Shown here piece by piece: positions 16,903 to 27,100 of a DNA stretch of 48,629 nucleotides. The position numbers were made by a program, and so were the translations under genes. Each line of letters begins with the position of its first letter. Within the stretch, counting starts at the first letter, position 1. Under the pieces are notes generated by a model. It was not told where the DNA came from. It was given only the letters and a program-made list of their open reading frames with translations, and did not search any database. Where the stretch lies: positions 1 to 48,629 of the forward strand of contig CAZTSJ010000201.1 of NCBI GenBank assembly GCA_964616875.1, read 5' to 3'. This DNA comes from an uncultured Bordetella sp. GTDB lineage: Bacteria > Pseudomonadota > Gammaproteobacteria > Burkholderiales > SG8-39.

Positions 16903-18053
16903 GGTTTAGAGGTCCGGCACAGATCGGCCGCTAGCGTGCGCTTGGCTTGATGGACGACGACCCGGCAACCGTCGTTGCCGCTTACCAAAGCGGGCGCCTC
17001 TTCGCCAGCATAGCGCATCAGCAGTACCCATTTCCCGTCCCGCAGTGCGTAGAGCCCTCTCGCCTGGGCGCCGACAAGCTTCCCCCAGACGCTGATCAAC
17101 ATCCGTCCGCCAACCAGGAACAGCTTCATGTGGGTGTAGCAGGAGATGCCGCAGGAGAATCCATGGAGCTGGTCCAAAAATCCGTATTCGACCACCCAGG
17201 GACCTGGGGGTACGGAGAGTTCCCGGAAGTTGTCGTCTTCGAGGCTGAAGAGATAAGCGGTCAGGGGCCAGGGGCCTTTGAGCTTCTCAAAATCGCTTGC
17301 CTGCTGGTAGAGCAGATATTTCTTCGCAGCAGCATCGAAAGCGATGCCGTACTTGATGCGGAACCGGGAATTCGCCACCGGGTAGAAACTTCCCTTGCCG
17401 CCCCGCTCCAGATACAGGAGGCGGGAGGTCTCATTCACCCCATTGGGTTTGTCCAGGAGGAAAAGGCTGCCGTGGGTATCGCGCAGGAGGTTGGTGAAAG
17501 TGTAGTGGTAGTCGGAAGCGGTCTGCCAGGTCTCCCCGAGGTATTCCTTTTGGAGCTTCTCGTGTTTCTGGCGCTTCTCTTTGGCTTTGTAATTGAAGTG
17601 GCGCCGGCAGTTGAATTCCCCGCTCCAGGCGGATTCGTCCTCGGGGAGTTGTCCGAGCGACAGCGCCTTCGAGTCCCAGTAGGCGCCGTGTTCGTAGTTC
17701 GTGCTGCCGTTCCGCTCCTTGAGCCGGGCGAAATGGACCACGCCGTTGTCGAGGTCCACGCAATTGATCGAGATGCGGCCGGACTTGACGCGCGGCCCGG
17801 CGCTCTTTTTGCGTAGGTCGTAAGTGAAGAAGGAGTCCTGGTCGTTGAACAGCACGACGTCATCGCCGATCCAGTGGAGGGGGACCCACGAGGGGTCCAG
17901 CGTCACCGCGCCCGGCAGGAGGGCTTCAGGGTCCAGGCTTCTCGAGCAGCCGCAAGCGCCGACGAGGAAGAAGGCCAGCAACAGTCGGCGCAAGTTTTTT
18001 ACCAATGGCGGCTCGCGATGCGACATAAGCACCATTGTGCGCCGTGCGGTCAC
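16899..18053 (-). CDS. Hypothetical lipoprotein (no recognised family)
   Basis: Lipobox FFLVGAC|GCS after a basic n-region (KNLRRLLLAF). GTG at 18053 overlaps the pfaC stop (GTGA); ATGs at 18035 and 18026 are alternative starts. GC content is visibly lower than the flanks. Confidence 0.65.
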   Translation of the reverse strand: MTARRTMVLMSHREPPLVKNLRRLLLAFFLVGACGCSRSLDPEALLPGAVTLDPSWVPLHWIGDDVVLFNDQDSFFTYDLRKKSAGPRVKSGRISINCVDLDNGVVHFARLKERNGSTNYEHGAYWDSKALSLGQLPEDESAWSGEFNCRRHFNYKAKEKRQKHEKLQKEYLGETWQTASDYHYTFTNLLRDTHGSLFLLDKPNGVNETSRLLYLERGGKGSFYPVANSRFRIKYGIAFDAAAKKYLLYQQASDFEKLKGPWPLTAYLFSLEDDNFRELSVPPGPWVVEYGFLDQLHGFSCGISCYTHMKLFLVGGRMLISVWGKLVGAQARGLYALRDGKWVLLMRYAGEEAPALVSGNDGCRVVVHQAKRTLAADLCRTSKP

Positions 18054-21000
18054 GCGTGGATAGATTGTCCTATCCGTTGACGCAGCGTGAAGTCTTTCAT
18101 GCTGTAGATGACGCGGCCATCCACTGAGAGGTAACCGTCGGCGCGCAGCAGGCGCCGCGCTTCATCCACTTCGGTCACTACTGCTTCGACGGTGACCTCG
18201 CGGTCTGTTGGGATAACCTGCCCGCGATACACCCATTCGTGCCGCTCATTGGTCGCGACCGCCTCGTAGTGACCGGCTCCCCAGCGCTCGACGGCGATAA
18301 ACCTGAGCAGCTGCAGGAAGGACTCCAGCCCAAGCGAGCCCGGCACCACCGGGTCCTGGTGGAAGTGCGCCTTGAAGAACCATTCCTCCGGCAGCACGCG
18401 CCGCGTGGCGCGAATGAACCCCAATCCTTTCGGTCCGCCGTCCGGAATCCAGGCATCGATGCGATCGAGCAGGCGCAGCCGGCCGGCGGGAAATGGCGAG
18501 ACCTGCGGGAAATCCAGCGCGCGGCTGCGCGCGAGCTCCTGCGGCGACGGAAGATAGAGCTTCGCGTCCTTCAGGCCTTCCTGCTTCAACAGCGCGACCT
18601 TCGGGAAAAAGCCGAAGTAGGTGTCGCCCTTGTACAGGGATACGCGGCCGGCGAGCACCTCGTAGTCGAAGAACTGGATGATCATGCCCGCGGAACTGGA
18701 GGCGCGCGTGAGTTTCGCGCGCACCGTGAGCGTGCCGCTCTGCGGAACCACGCGCGCCAGCTGCGTCGCGGTGCCGCCCAGATTGCGGAACGACACGTCC
18801 ACCTCGCTCGTCAGCGCCGAGCCCATGTAGGCCGCGAGCCAGCCGCAGGGCTGCAGGGCGATTTCGAGCAGCACCGCGAAGGGCATCTCATCTTGGTGGT
18901 TGGCGGCGAAATACCAGGCGTCCGCGGGCACGTCGTATTGGGTTTCGCACTCGCCGCCGGGAAGAATTTTCCAGGCTTCGGCACGGATCGCGGTGACGCG
19001 GTCGAGGAACTGGTAGGGTGGCCCGGGCAGGCGCGCGATGACGCGACCGGAATCGAAAATCCGGTAGGGCTCGCCAAAAGCTTCGGAGGGCTTGCCCACG
19101 GCGAATGCAAGAATGCGATCGGTGTCGAAGAGCGCCTTTTTCCTGCCTGGGACCGCCCACAGCGCCCTGAAGCTCTCCTGCGTCGCGCCCGCGTAGCGCA
19201 GGCTCATGTTCGTGATCTCGACGATTGGCTTGCCGTCGGCAAGCATCAGCGCGTCGGCGATGACGTAGGGCTCGGGCCGGTAGCCGATTTCCTTGATCGA
19301 GATTTCATAGGTCACGAGCCGCGTCGTGTCGAGCACCTGGCCGCGGCATTTGAGCTGGCTGGCGATGCCCGGCACCGGCTCGAGCACCACCTGGCCCTCT
19401 TCGGCCACCCAGCCCTGGCGCAGCAGGAACACGCGCAAGGTGTGCAGGCAGCACTCGAACATCAGCGTGCCCGGCATGACGCGATCGTCGAAGAAGTGGC
19501 AGGTGAGGAACCAGTCCTCCGGGTGAATATCCGCTTCGCCAGTGATGCTGCCGATGCCGAAGCGCCCCCCAATCGGATCAAGGCGGGCGATGCGATGCAC
19601 CAGCTTCATCCTGCCGCTGGGCAGCGTGACCGGCTTCGCCACCGGCAGCCCGGCAAAGGCCGCGCCAAAGCATCCGGCCAGGTCCCCCGCGCGCAAAGCC
19701 TCGAGCTGCGCCTCCGAATAGCTCTCGACACCGCCGGCGGTGAAATGCTCCCAGTCGGCCGCGCGCTTTCCCGGCGCCGGTTGCATGTCCAGCGCGGTGC
19801 GCACGATGCCTTTGCCGGTCGCCAGTGCTGCAGCGGAGAAGAAGCCCGCGCAGCCCTCGGTCATGGTGAGCAGCGGCGCGCCGTTCACGGTCGCCTCGAA
19901 ACCGAAGCGGAACAGCCAGGTGTCGCTCTGGCGGAAGAAACCGTCGATGCGGATGTCGTAGCGGATCACCTCGCCCGGGCCGGGCAGGCCGCGGTGGAAG
20001 CAGACCTTGGCGTCGAGCAGGCGGTACATGGCGCGGCCGCGCGTCTGAAAATCGATGCCGAGAAAACCCGACAGGAAGAGATCCGCCTGTCCGGCTTCGA
20101 CCGCGATGCAGGTCGGAATGCGCCCGCAGTCGAGATACCAGGCGTCCGGGCGCACGTCGTGCTCGGTCAGCACGCGGCCCTGCGTCATCGACAGCGGTTC
20201 GCCCTCGACGTCGAGAATCCGGTCCACCAGCATGAGCGGCTCATCGGGCAGGCGCACGCGCGTGGGGAAGGAATCGGCCGCGGCGAATTCCGGGCCCAGC
20301 ACGCGGCCGACCGAACCGCGCGCAAATTCGAGACAAGCCGCACGATCAAGTGAACGGATCGGCGCGCTGATTTCAGCCACGGCGACGCTGGCAGAAGCTG
20401 ATTGCGCCGCGATGGCTTGCGCCAATGTTTGCGAGAGGTTTTGCGAAAAGCGCAGATAGGCTTCATGCGCTTCGACGGTCGCTCGTTCTGTTTCGACCAT
20501 CGAGCGGTAAAGGGCAACGGTAAAATCATCTTCCGGCTTCACCCGCGCAGGAATCGCAGGAGCCGTGAACGGCGCTCCGGTGATGGACACGGTGACGCAT
20601 TTGCCGGCGGGCTTTGCCACAGCTGCAGGCGTATCTCGGCGGCGGAGCATTTCTGCGTTCAGCGGCACGCCCGCGGCGTGCAGTTCGGCCAGCGTCCTGA
20701 GGAAATGCCCGACCGGGTCCGGTCCGGCAACCGCGAGCGACCGGGCGAGATGCGGCCGGCCATCGAGGATCCTGTCGATCATGCGGCTGCAGGAATTGCC
20801 GGGACCCATTTCGATGAAGGTGCGCACGCCGGCGTCGTAGGCAGCGCGGATCACGCGCGGGAAATCGATCGAGTCCATCGCCTGCGCCTCGATCGCGTCG
20901 GCGGCGGTTTCGCGCTCCGGCACGTAGGCGCGGCCCCAGGCGCAACTGTAGAACTCCACGCCCGCCGGCGGCAGCGTGTCGAAGCGGTGGAGCTCGCGGT

Positions 21001-24000
21001 AGGCCTGGCGCACCGGGTGCGCGAGTTCGCAATGCACCGTGCTGATGCCCTGGAGGGGGAAGCAGTGACAGCCGAGCGCGGCGATCACTTCCTCGACCAC
21101 GCCGCGCCTGCCGCCGATGACGCACTCATCGGGCGTGTTCGAGATGAGCAGATACACGTGCTTGCGCTTGCCGATGGCGGCGCGCACTTTTTCCGCCGAG
21201 CGGTCGACCACGCCGGTGGCCCATTCCGGGCCGCCCGCCAGGTCCCGCTCGAAAAGCGGCGAGGCGCGCAGCCGCTCGAGCATGGCGTCGCGCTGGCGCC
21301 AGGCGCGCAGCGCCATCAGCGCGGTGGATTCGCCCAGGCTGTAGCCGATCGCAGCGTCGGGCTTCAAGCCGAAGTGCGTCGCGAGGTCGGACAGCATGGC
21401 GCCGAAACAAAGCTGGCCGCAAATCAGGGCGCGATGGTCGCGCAGCACTTCCGGCGCGAGCGGGTTCTGCCAGAACCCGTCGGCATGCATCTGGCTCGCG
21501 AGCTGTGTGTTCTCCGCGTCCTGCCGGCGCAAAATCTCCGGCCACTGCAGCGCGAGCGCGCGGCCCATGTCGCCGAACTGGTTGCCCGAGCCCGGGAATA
21601 CGAAGGCGACGCGCCCTGGCGAAGGGGAATTTTTCGATTTTTCTGTTTGAAAAGCTTTTATATCCAGGTCGGGAAGCGGTCGTGCAGCGTGCGCATGTCC
21701 GCTCTCGTGACTTTCGAGAACCACCTGCACGCGGTCACCCGCCACTCCGGTCGAGTGCACGCTGGTGCGGCGCGGGCCGTCGGCGCGGTTGCGGATCCAG
21801 TAGCGCGGCGCAAGCCCATCGTGCTCGCCCGGCAGTACTTCGTGGTAGAGGCACAGGCTCGCTTTGACGAGCGAGACCAGCCCGGAGGCGGCGCCGGTGT
21901 GCCCGACATCGGCGGCCGCGTCTTCAATGTGTTGCAACGGGGCGGAGCTTGCGGCGCCAGGGTCGCGGATCACGGCGTAGATGCGGTCGCCGTCGCGCTT
22001 GGCATCGCCCAGGCGCTTGAGAAGCACGCAGGCGGCACCTTCACCGGGGATCGTGCCATCGAGAGAATCGGGCTGCAGCGCCTGCGTCGCGAGCAGCGTG
22101 CGCAGGTCGCCGTTCAGGTCCACGCCGCCGGCGAGCGCGGCATCGAGTTCGCGCTTTTGGAGGGCGTGCACGGCCACCTGCAGCGCGCGCAGGCTGGAGG
22201 TTTCTTCGCTCGAAATGCCGTGGCTCGGGCCGCCGATGTGGAATTCGCGCGCCACGCGGCTGGCGACAATGCCGCCCAGCGCGCCCAGGGTGCGGTCGGC
22301 GCTCAGGGGCGGGCCCGCGCCATCGCAGAGTTGCGCCATCCACTGCGCCGCTGCGCTGCTCCCGGCATCGAGGCCGGCCCTGCGCGCCCACTCGGGCGCG
22401 CGTTGCTTCATGGCCCAGCGGAAATGGAAATCGGTGGCGCGCAGGTCAAGGCCGATGCCGATGAACACGCCGCTGCGCGCGGCGTCGAGTTTCGGCTTGC
22501 CGGCGTCTTCCAGCGCGGCCCTGGCGACCTCCAGCATGAGCAGCTGCTGCGGCAGCATCTCCGCCAGCTCGCGCGGCGCGATGTGGAAGCGCTCGATCGG
22601 AATCGACAGGTCGTCGAGGTAATACCCCGGCGAGCCGCCGCCCCAGACGCGCCGGATCTCCTCGGCGCCGAGGCCGCGCCAGCTTTTGCGTTCCGCCGGT
22701 GCAGCAGCGTCCTCTCCGTACAACACTCGCTTCTGGAAAGATTCCAGGTCCGGCCAGCGGCCCACCTGCGCTGCCATGCCAACGACCGCTACGGGTTCAG
22801 GTGAAGGTCTTGAGTGTGCGGTTTGGGGGATCGATTGGCCGAGCCACTCCTCGATCAGCAGGTGGGCGTTGATGCCGCCAAAGCCGAAACCATTGATCGC
22901 GGCGCGGCGCGGCACATCGGCGCCGCGCCGTTCCCACGGCCGGCTTTGCTTGAGTATTTCGAACGGGCTGCCCTCGAGCCCCAGCTTCGCGGCGGGCTGT
23001 TCGTAGTTCGCCACCGGCGGCAGCTTGCCGTGCTGCATCGCGAGCAGCGTCTTGATGAGTCCGGCGCTGCCCGCTGCGGTGAGCAGGTGGCCGATGTTCG
23101 ACTTCACCGCGCTCAGCACGCATTTGGCCTGTTGGCGCTGGCCGCCTTGCCAGAGCTGCTGCAGGCTGTCGAACTCGACTGCGTCGCCCACCGGCGTTCC
23201 CGTGGCATGGCATTCGATCAGGTCCACCATCTGCGGCGTCCAGCCGGCCTGCGCGTAGGCCATGCGCAGGGCGCGCAACTGCCCCTCGGAACTCGGCGAC
23301 AGCAGCTTGCCCTCGAGGTCGTTCGAGAGGCCGACGCCGCGGATCAGGGCGAGGATCCGGTCGCCGTCGCGCCGCGCGTCCGCGAGGCGCTTGAGCACCA
23401 CCACGCCCGCGCCTTCGCCGACGATGAGGCCATCGCCGTTGCGGTCGAAAGGGGCGCAGCGCCCGGTCGGGGAAAGGGCGCGCAACTGCGAGAAACCCAT
23501 TTGCGTGTAGAGCGAGTCCGGGCGCGACAGCCCGCCCGCGAGCATCGCGTCGGCGCGTTGCGCGAGCAGCTCGTCGCAGGCGAGCTTCACCGCGTAGAGC
23601 GACGAGGCGCAGGCCGCATCGAGCGTGTAGCAGGTGCCGCCCAGGCCGAGCGAGCGCGCGAGCAGGCCGGCCGGCAGGCCGGTGACGTAGCGGTTGAGCG
23701 CACTGGTGGCGAAAGACGGCCTTTGGTGCACCCGGCCGAAGACCTTCTGCTCGAAGAGCGGCAGCAGGATTTCGTCGCACAGTGCGGATGCGCCCGCGGT
23801 GGGCAGCGCGATGTTGCCGAGAATGACGCCGACCTTGCCGCGCTCGAGCTTGTCGGTGCGCGCATCGGCGAAGGCCGCCTGCCCGGCGCGCAGCAACAGC
23901 TGGAACATCGGATCGAGTTCGCCCGCAAGCGTTGGATCTTCGATGAAGCAGCCGCGATCGGTGAGGACCGAGTCGGGCGTGCCCGGAATTTGTCCCTGGT

Positions 24001-24190
24001 TTGCCTGCGCATCGAGCAGCCAGCGGCCCGCCGGCACCGCGCGGCAGGCATCGCGGCCCGCTTCGATCAGGCGCCAGAAATCTTCCAGCGAAGACGCGCC
24101 GGGAAAGACGCCGCCCATGCCGACGATGGCGATGGGCTCGGGGAAATTGGCGTTGCCGCCGCCGGGGGACGGCGTGGAATTACTTTTCAA
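18050..24190 (-). CDS. pfaC: PfaC-like PUFA/secondary-lipid synthase subunit with embedded acyltransferase: KS-CLF-AT-DH(FabA-like)-DH(FabA-like)
   Basis: Approximate domain map, with aa numbered from the TTG start at 24190:
- KS, nt 22841..24139 (DAACASS, Cys194).
- CLF, nt 21701..22798 (SEETSS in place of the Cys motif).
- AT, nt 20651..21610 (FPGSGNQ, GYSLGE Ser951).
- Two FabA-type DH modules, each a double hot-dog: nt 19151..20353 (HFFDDRVMPGTLMFE) and nt 18053..19123 (HFHQDPVVPGSLGLE). Confidence 0.9.
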   Translation of the reverse strand: MKSNSTPSPGGGNANFPEPIAIVGMGGVFPGASSLEDFWRLIEAGRDACRAVPAGRWLLDAQANQGQIPGTPDSVLTDRGCFIEDPTLAGELDPMFQLLLRAGQAAFADARTDKLERGKVGVILGNIALPTAGASALCDEILLPLFEQKVFGRVHQRPSFATSALNRYVTGLPAGLLARSLGLGGTCYTLDAACASSLYAVKLACDELLAQRADAMLAGGLSRPDSLYTQMGFSQLRALSPTGRCAPFDRNGDGLIVGEGAGVVVLKRLADARRDGDRILALIRGVGLSNDLEGKLLSPSSEGQLRALRMAYAQAGWTPQMVDLIECHATGTPVGDAVEFDSLQQLWQGGQRQQAKCVLSAVKSNIGHLLTAAGSAGLIKTLLAMQHGKLPPVANYEQPAAKLGLEGSPFEILKQSRPWERRGADVPRRAAINGFGFGGINAHLLIEEWLGQSIPQTAHSRPSPEPVAVVGMAAQVGRWPDLESFQKRVLYGEDAAAPAERKSWRGLGAEEIRRVWGGGSPGYYLDDLSIPIERFHIAPRELAEMLPQQLLMLEVARAALEDAGKPKLDAARSGVFIGIGLDLRATDFHFRWAMKQRAPEWARRAGLDAGSSAAAQWMAQLCDGAGPPLSADRTLGALGGIVASRVAREFHIGGPSHGISSEETSSLRALQVAVHALQKRELDAALAGGVDLNGDLRTLLATQALQPDSLDGTIPGEGAACVLLKRLGDAKRDGDRIYAVIRDPGAASSAPLQHIEDAAADVGHTGAASGLVSLVKASLCLYHEVLPGEHDGLAPRYWIRNRADGPRRTSVHSTGVAGDRVQVVLESHESGHAHAARPLPDLDIKAFQTEKSKNSPSPGRVAFVFPGSGNQFGDMGRALALQWPEILRRQDAENTQLASQMHADGFWQNPLAPEVLRDHRALICGQLCFGAMLSDLATHFGLKPDAAIGYSLGESTALMALRAWRQRDAMLERLRASPLFERDLAGGPEWATGVVDRSAEKVRAAIGKRKHVYLLISNTPDECVIGGRRGVVEEVIAALGCHCFPLQGISTVHCELAHPVRQAYRELHRFDTLPPAGVEFYSCAWGRAYVPERETAADAIEAQAMDSIDFPRVIRAAYDAGVRTFIEMGPGNSCSRMIDRILDGRPHLARSLAVAGPDPVGHFLRTLAELHAAGVPLNAEMLRRRDTPAAVAKPAGKCVTVSITGAPFTAPAIPARVKPEDDFTVALYRSMVETERATVEAHEAYLRFSQNLSQTLAQAIAAQSASASVAVAEISAPIRSLDRAACLEFARGSVGRVLGPEFAAADSFPTRVRLPDEPLMLVDRILDVEGEPLSMTQGRVLTEHDVRPDAWYLDCGRIPTCIAVEAGQADLFLSGFLGIDFQTRGRAMYRLLDAKVCFHRGLPGPGEVIRYDIRIDGFFRQSDTWLFRFGFEATVNGAPLLTMTEGCAGFFSAAALATGKGIVRTALDMQPAPGKRAADWEHFTAGGVESYSEAQLEALRAGDLAGCFGAAFAGLPVAKPVTLPSGRMKLVHRIARLDPIGGRFGIGSITGEADIHPEDWFLTCHFFDDRVMPGTLMFECCLHTLRVFLLRQGWVAEEGQVVLEPVPGIASQLKCRGQVLDTTRLVTYEISIKEIGYRPEPYVIADALMLADGKPIVEITNMSLRYAGATQESFRALWAVPGRKKALFDTDRILAFAVGKPSEAFGEPYRIFDSGRVIARLPGPPYQFLDRVTAIRAEAWKILPGGECETQYDVPADAWYFAANHQDEMPFAVLLEIALQPCGWLAAYMGSALTSEVDVSFRNLGGTATQLARVVPQSGTLTVRAKLTRASSSAGMIIQFFDYEVLAGRVSLYKGDTYFGFFPKVALLKQEGLKDAKLYLPSPQELARSRALDFPQVSPFPAGRLRLLDRIDAWIPDGGPKGLGFIRATRRVLPEEWFFKAHFHQDPVVPGSLGLESFLQLLRFIAVERWGAGHYEAVATNERHEWVYRGQVIPTDREVTVEAVVTEVDEARRLLRADGYLSVDGRVIYSMKDFTLRQRIGQSIHA

Positions 24191-27100
24191 GCCCCAGCCG
24201 GTTCAAGCGGAAGGCGTCGCGCAGCGCGGCGTCCACGACGAATTCGCAGCCTTCGGCGGAGGCGAGCAAATTACCCTGGCGGTCAAAAAACTGGATCGTC
24301 GCCACGGCGATGGTGCTGATGCCCAGGGCGACCGCGATCACCGCGCGGCAACCGCCCTTCGGAAATACCGAAACGAACTGGCGGTAGCGTGCGAACGCGC
24401 TGGGCAGCGACGGCGCGCCGCGCTGCGCCGCGCTCCACAGGATCATCATCTGGAAGGCGCTGTCCAGCGCCAGCGGATCGGCGATCCAGGTACCGCGCAG
24501 CGGGTGCGTCATCCACTTGATGGGCGCGGAGGCCGCCTTGAGAATCGCGGCGATGCCGCGCTCGGCGAGGCCTTCGACGCGCTCAATCCCGTGCAGTGCC
24601 GCGCCGTGGAACAGCACGCCGATCGAGTAGGCGTCGGCGAAGCCGCCGCCGGGAATGTCGACCAGTACGGGTTCGGGCGCGGCGGGCAGGTTTTCGGTGG
24701 TGAGCAGCACGTCGGCGGCGGCGTGAAGTATCTCGCGGCCATTCAGCTGGCTCGTCATGCGCACCGGCACCGCATGCAGCCTGTCGCGCGGCGTGGCGGC
24801 CCCGGTGCGCAGGCTCACCATGATGGTCTGCCGCGCATCGAGCACGATGCCCTTCAGGACCTTGAAATTATCGAGGCCGTGGAACGCCATGCCCGGATTG
24901 CCGTGCAGCGCGGCTTGCGCGAGCCACTCCACCATCAACGCCGCGGGCAGCACGGCGCGGCCGTTGAAAACGTGGGACTCGAGGAAAGGCAGCGTCGCGA
25001 CGCTGACCTCGCGCACGAAGGCAACGCTGTCTTCGCGCGCGAGCGCGAGTTCTTGAACTGGTTCAACCTTGATTGCAACGGGGGGAGCGAGTGCGAGTAT
25101 TTCAACTGCATTTTTAGCGGTAGAACAAAGCTCCCGCACGAGGAATTCGGCGCCCGCCGCCGGTTCGATGAGTCCGATGCCTTCCTGTTCGAAGAGCTTG
25201 CGCACGCCGGGCGTCGCCATGCCGCCGTTCCAGGGGCCCCAGTTGATCGAAACCACGCGGCAGGCCGGGCGGCGGCGCGATTCGAGTTGCGCGAGCTTGT
25301 TGAGGACTTCGTTGGCCGCGGCGTAGTCCGCCTGGCCGACGCGCCCTACGCGCCCGCTGTAGGAGGAAAAGAGCGCGATCGCCTTCAATTCGTCCTGCGC
25401 GAGCGCGGCTAGCAGATTGCGCAGGCCCGCCACCTTGGTGCCGTAGACGAGGTCGAACTGCTCAGCGGTCTTGTCTTCGATGCGCCGGTCGGCGAGCACG
25501 CCGGCGCCGTGGATGAGGCCGCGTATCGCGCCGTGGCGCCGGCGCACCTCGGCCAGCACCCGCGCCACCGCGGCGCCGTCGCGTACGTCGAGCGCGTGAT
25601 AGAACGCCCGCGCGCCGGCGGCTTCGAGCCGGCCGAGCTGTGCGCGTATTTCCCGCCCGGCGATGACCTCGCGGTATTTCGCCTCCACCGCCTTGGGCGA
25701 GCCGCCGCTGCCCTGCCTCGCGGCAAACGCCTTCTTGATGCCGGCTTCGGTTTGCAGGTCCTGCAGCCAGGCCGGTTCGCTTTCACCCAGCTCGCTGCGC
25801 CCCAGAAGGATCAGCGTCGGGCGCCAGGCGCGCGCGAGCGCGAGCGCCGCGTCGCCGGTGACACCGCGCGCACCGCCGGAGACGACGACCACGTCGCCCT
25901 CTGAGAGAGGCGGCCGCAGGCCCTGCTGTTGGCCGTCATGGGCCGCGACGGCAACTTCGAGCGCCAAGCGCTTGCCTGCCGAGAGGCCGACCTCGACAGG
26001 ACCGGCGCGGAACATTTCGGCCACGACTTGTTCAGCAGCTGCGCCGGCGACGATCGAGGCCGGATTCAGGTCGAGCGCCTTGCAGTGGACTTGCGGCCAT
26101 TCGTGGCGCGCCGTCTTGAGCAGTCCGGCGAGTCCGCCGCTGACCGGGTCGCTTTTCTCGCTCAGCGCGCCGAAACCGAACGCGCCGTCGAGCCGCGATA
26201 CCGTGACGAGAATCGCGGCGCCCGCCTGGCGCAGCACGGGTCCGGTGCGCTGGATGAGGGTGAATGCCTGCCGGATGAAGGCGTCGTCGCTGCCGCCGGC
26301 CGGCGCGACGATGACCAGCGCGGCGAGCGACGCAGGAACAGTGCCGGGAAATCCCCGGCGCGGATCGCCGCGCTGCACGTTGAGGCGCAGCGCGCGCAAG
26401 CGCTCCTCGATGCGCAGGCAAAGCTCCGAGCCGTCGTCGCTGAGCCAGACCAGGGCGCCGGCGGGCAGGCTGATCGCATCCCGCTCTTCGACACCGGGCA
26501 ATTCGACCGCACGGATGAGCTGGCGCAGCACGCCGCTCGCTGCTTCCGGTTTCAAAATCACGGCTGGTACTGCCGGCGCTGCAGGCGCCGCGGCTGATGC
26601 CGGGACGCTGGCGGGCTCCGCGGCCTGGCCGAGGAGGAAGTCGGCGACCTGCTGCAGTGTGCGCAGCGAACCGAGATGCTCGGGCTTGATTTCCGGCGAG
26701 CCGGGCAGCTTGCCGCGCAGCGCAGCCATGATTTCGACGCGCTTGATGGAGTCGATGCCGAGGTCCGAATCCATGCCCATGCCCAGGTTCAGCATTTCGA
26801 CCGGGTAGCCGGTTTTCTCTGAGACTACGGCGAGCAGGGTTTCGCTGATTAAGCTCTGATCTTTCTGGATTCCCGCTTTCGCGGGAACGACAGGTTGACC
26901 ATTGGCAAGGAACGCAACGACCTGCTCGAGCGTCTGCAGCGAGCCCAGGTGTTCGGGCTTGATTTCCGGCGCTTCGGGCAGCCTGGCGCGCAACGCGGCC
27001 ATGATTTCGACGCGCTTGATGGAGTCGATGCCGAGGTCCGAGTCCATGCCCATGCCGAGGTTGAGCATCTCGACCGGGTAGCCGGTCTTGTCGCATACGA

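Noticed and set aside
13171-25412. Series of very long plus-strand ORFs (13171..15210, 14765..15865, 18239..20353, 20402..22804, 22814..24319, 23694..25412, 25663..26808 and others) opposite the ole and pfa genes
   Set aside because: They are mirror-frame ORFs of strongly recognisable minus-strand genes (KS, AT, ACP, KR, DH and OleA-D motifs). The products are Arg/Ala/Gly/His-rich with no motifs. High GC content suppresses stop codons on the antisense strand.
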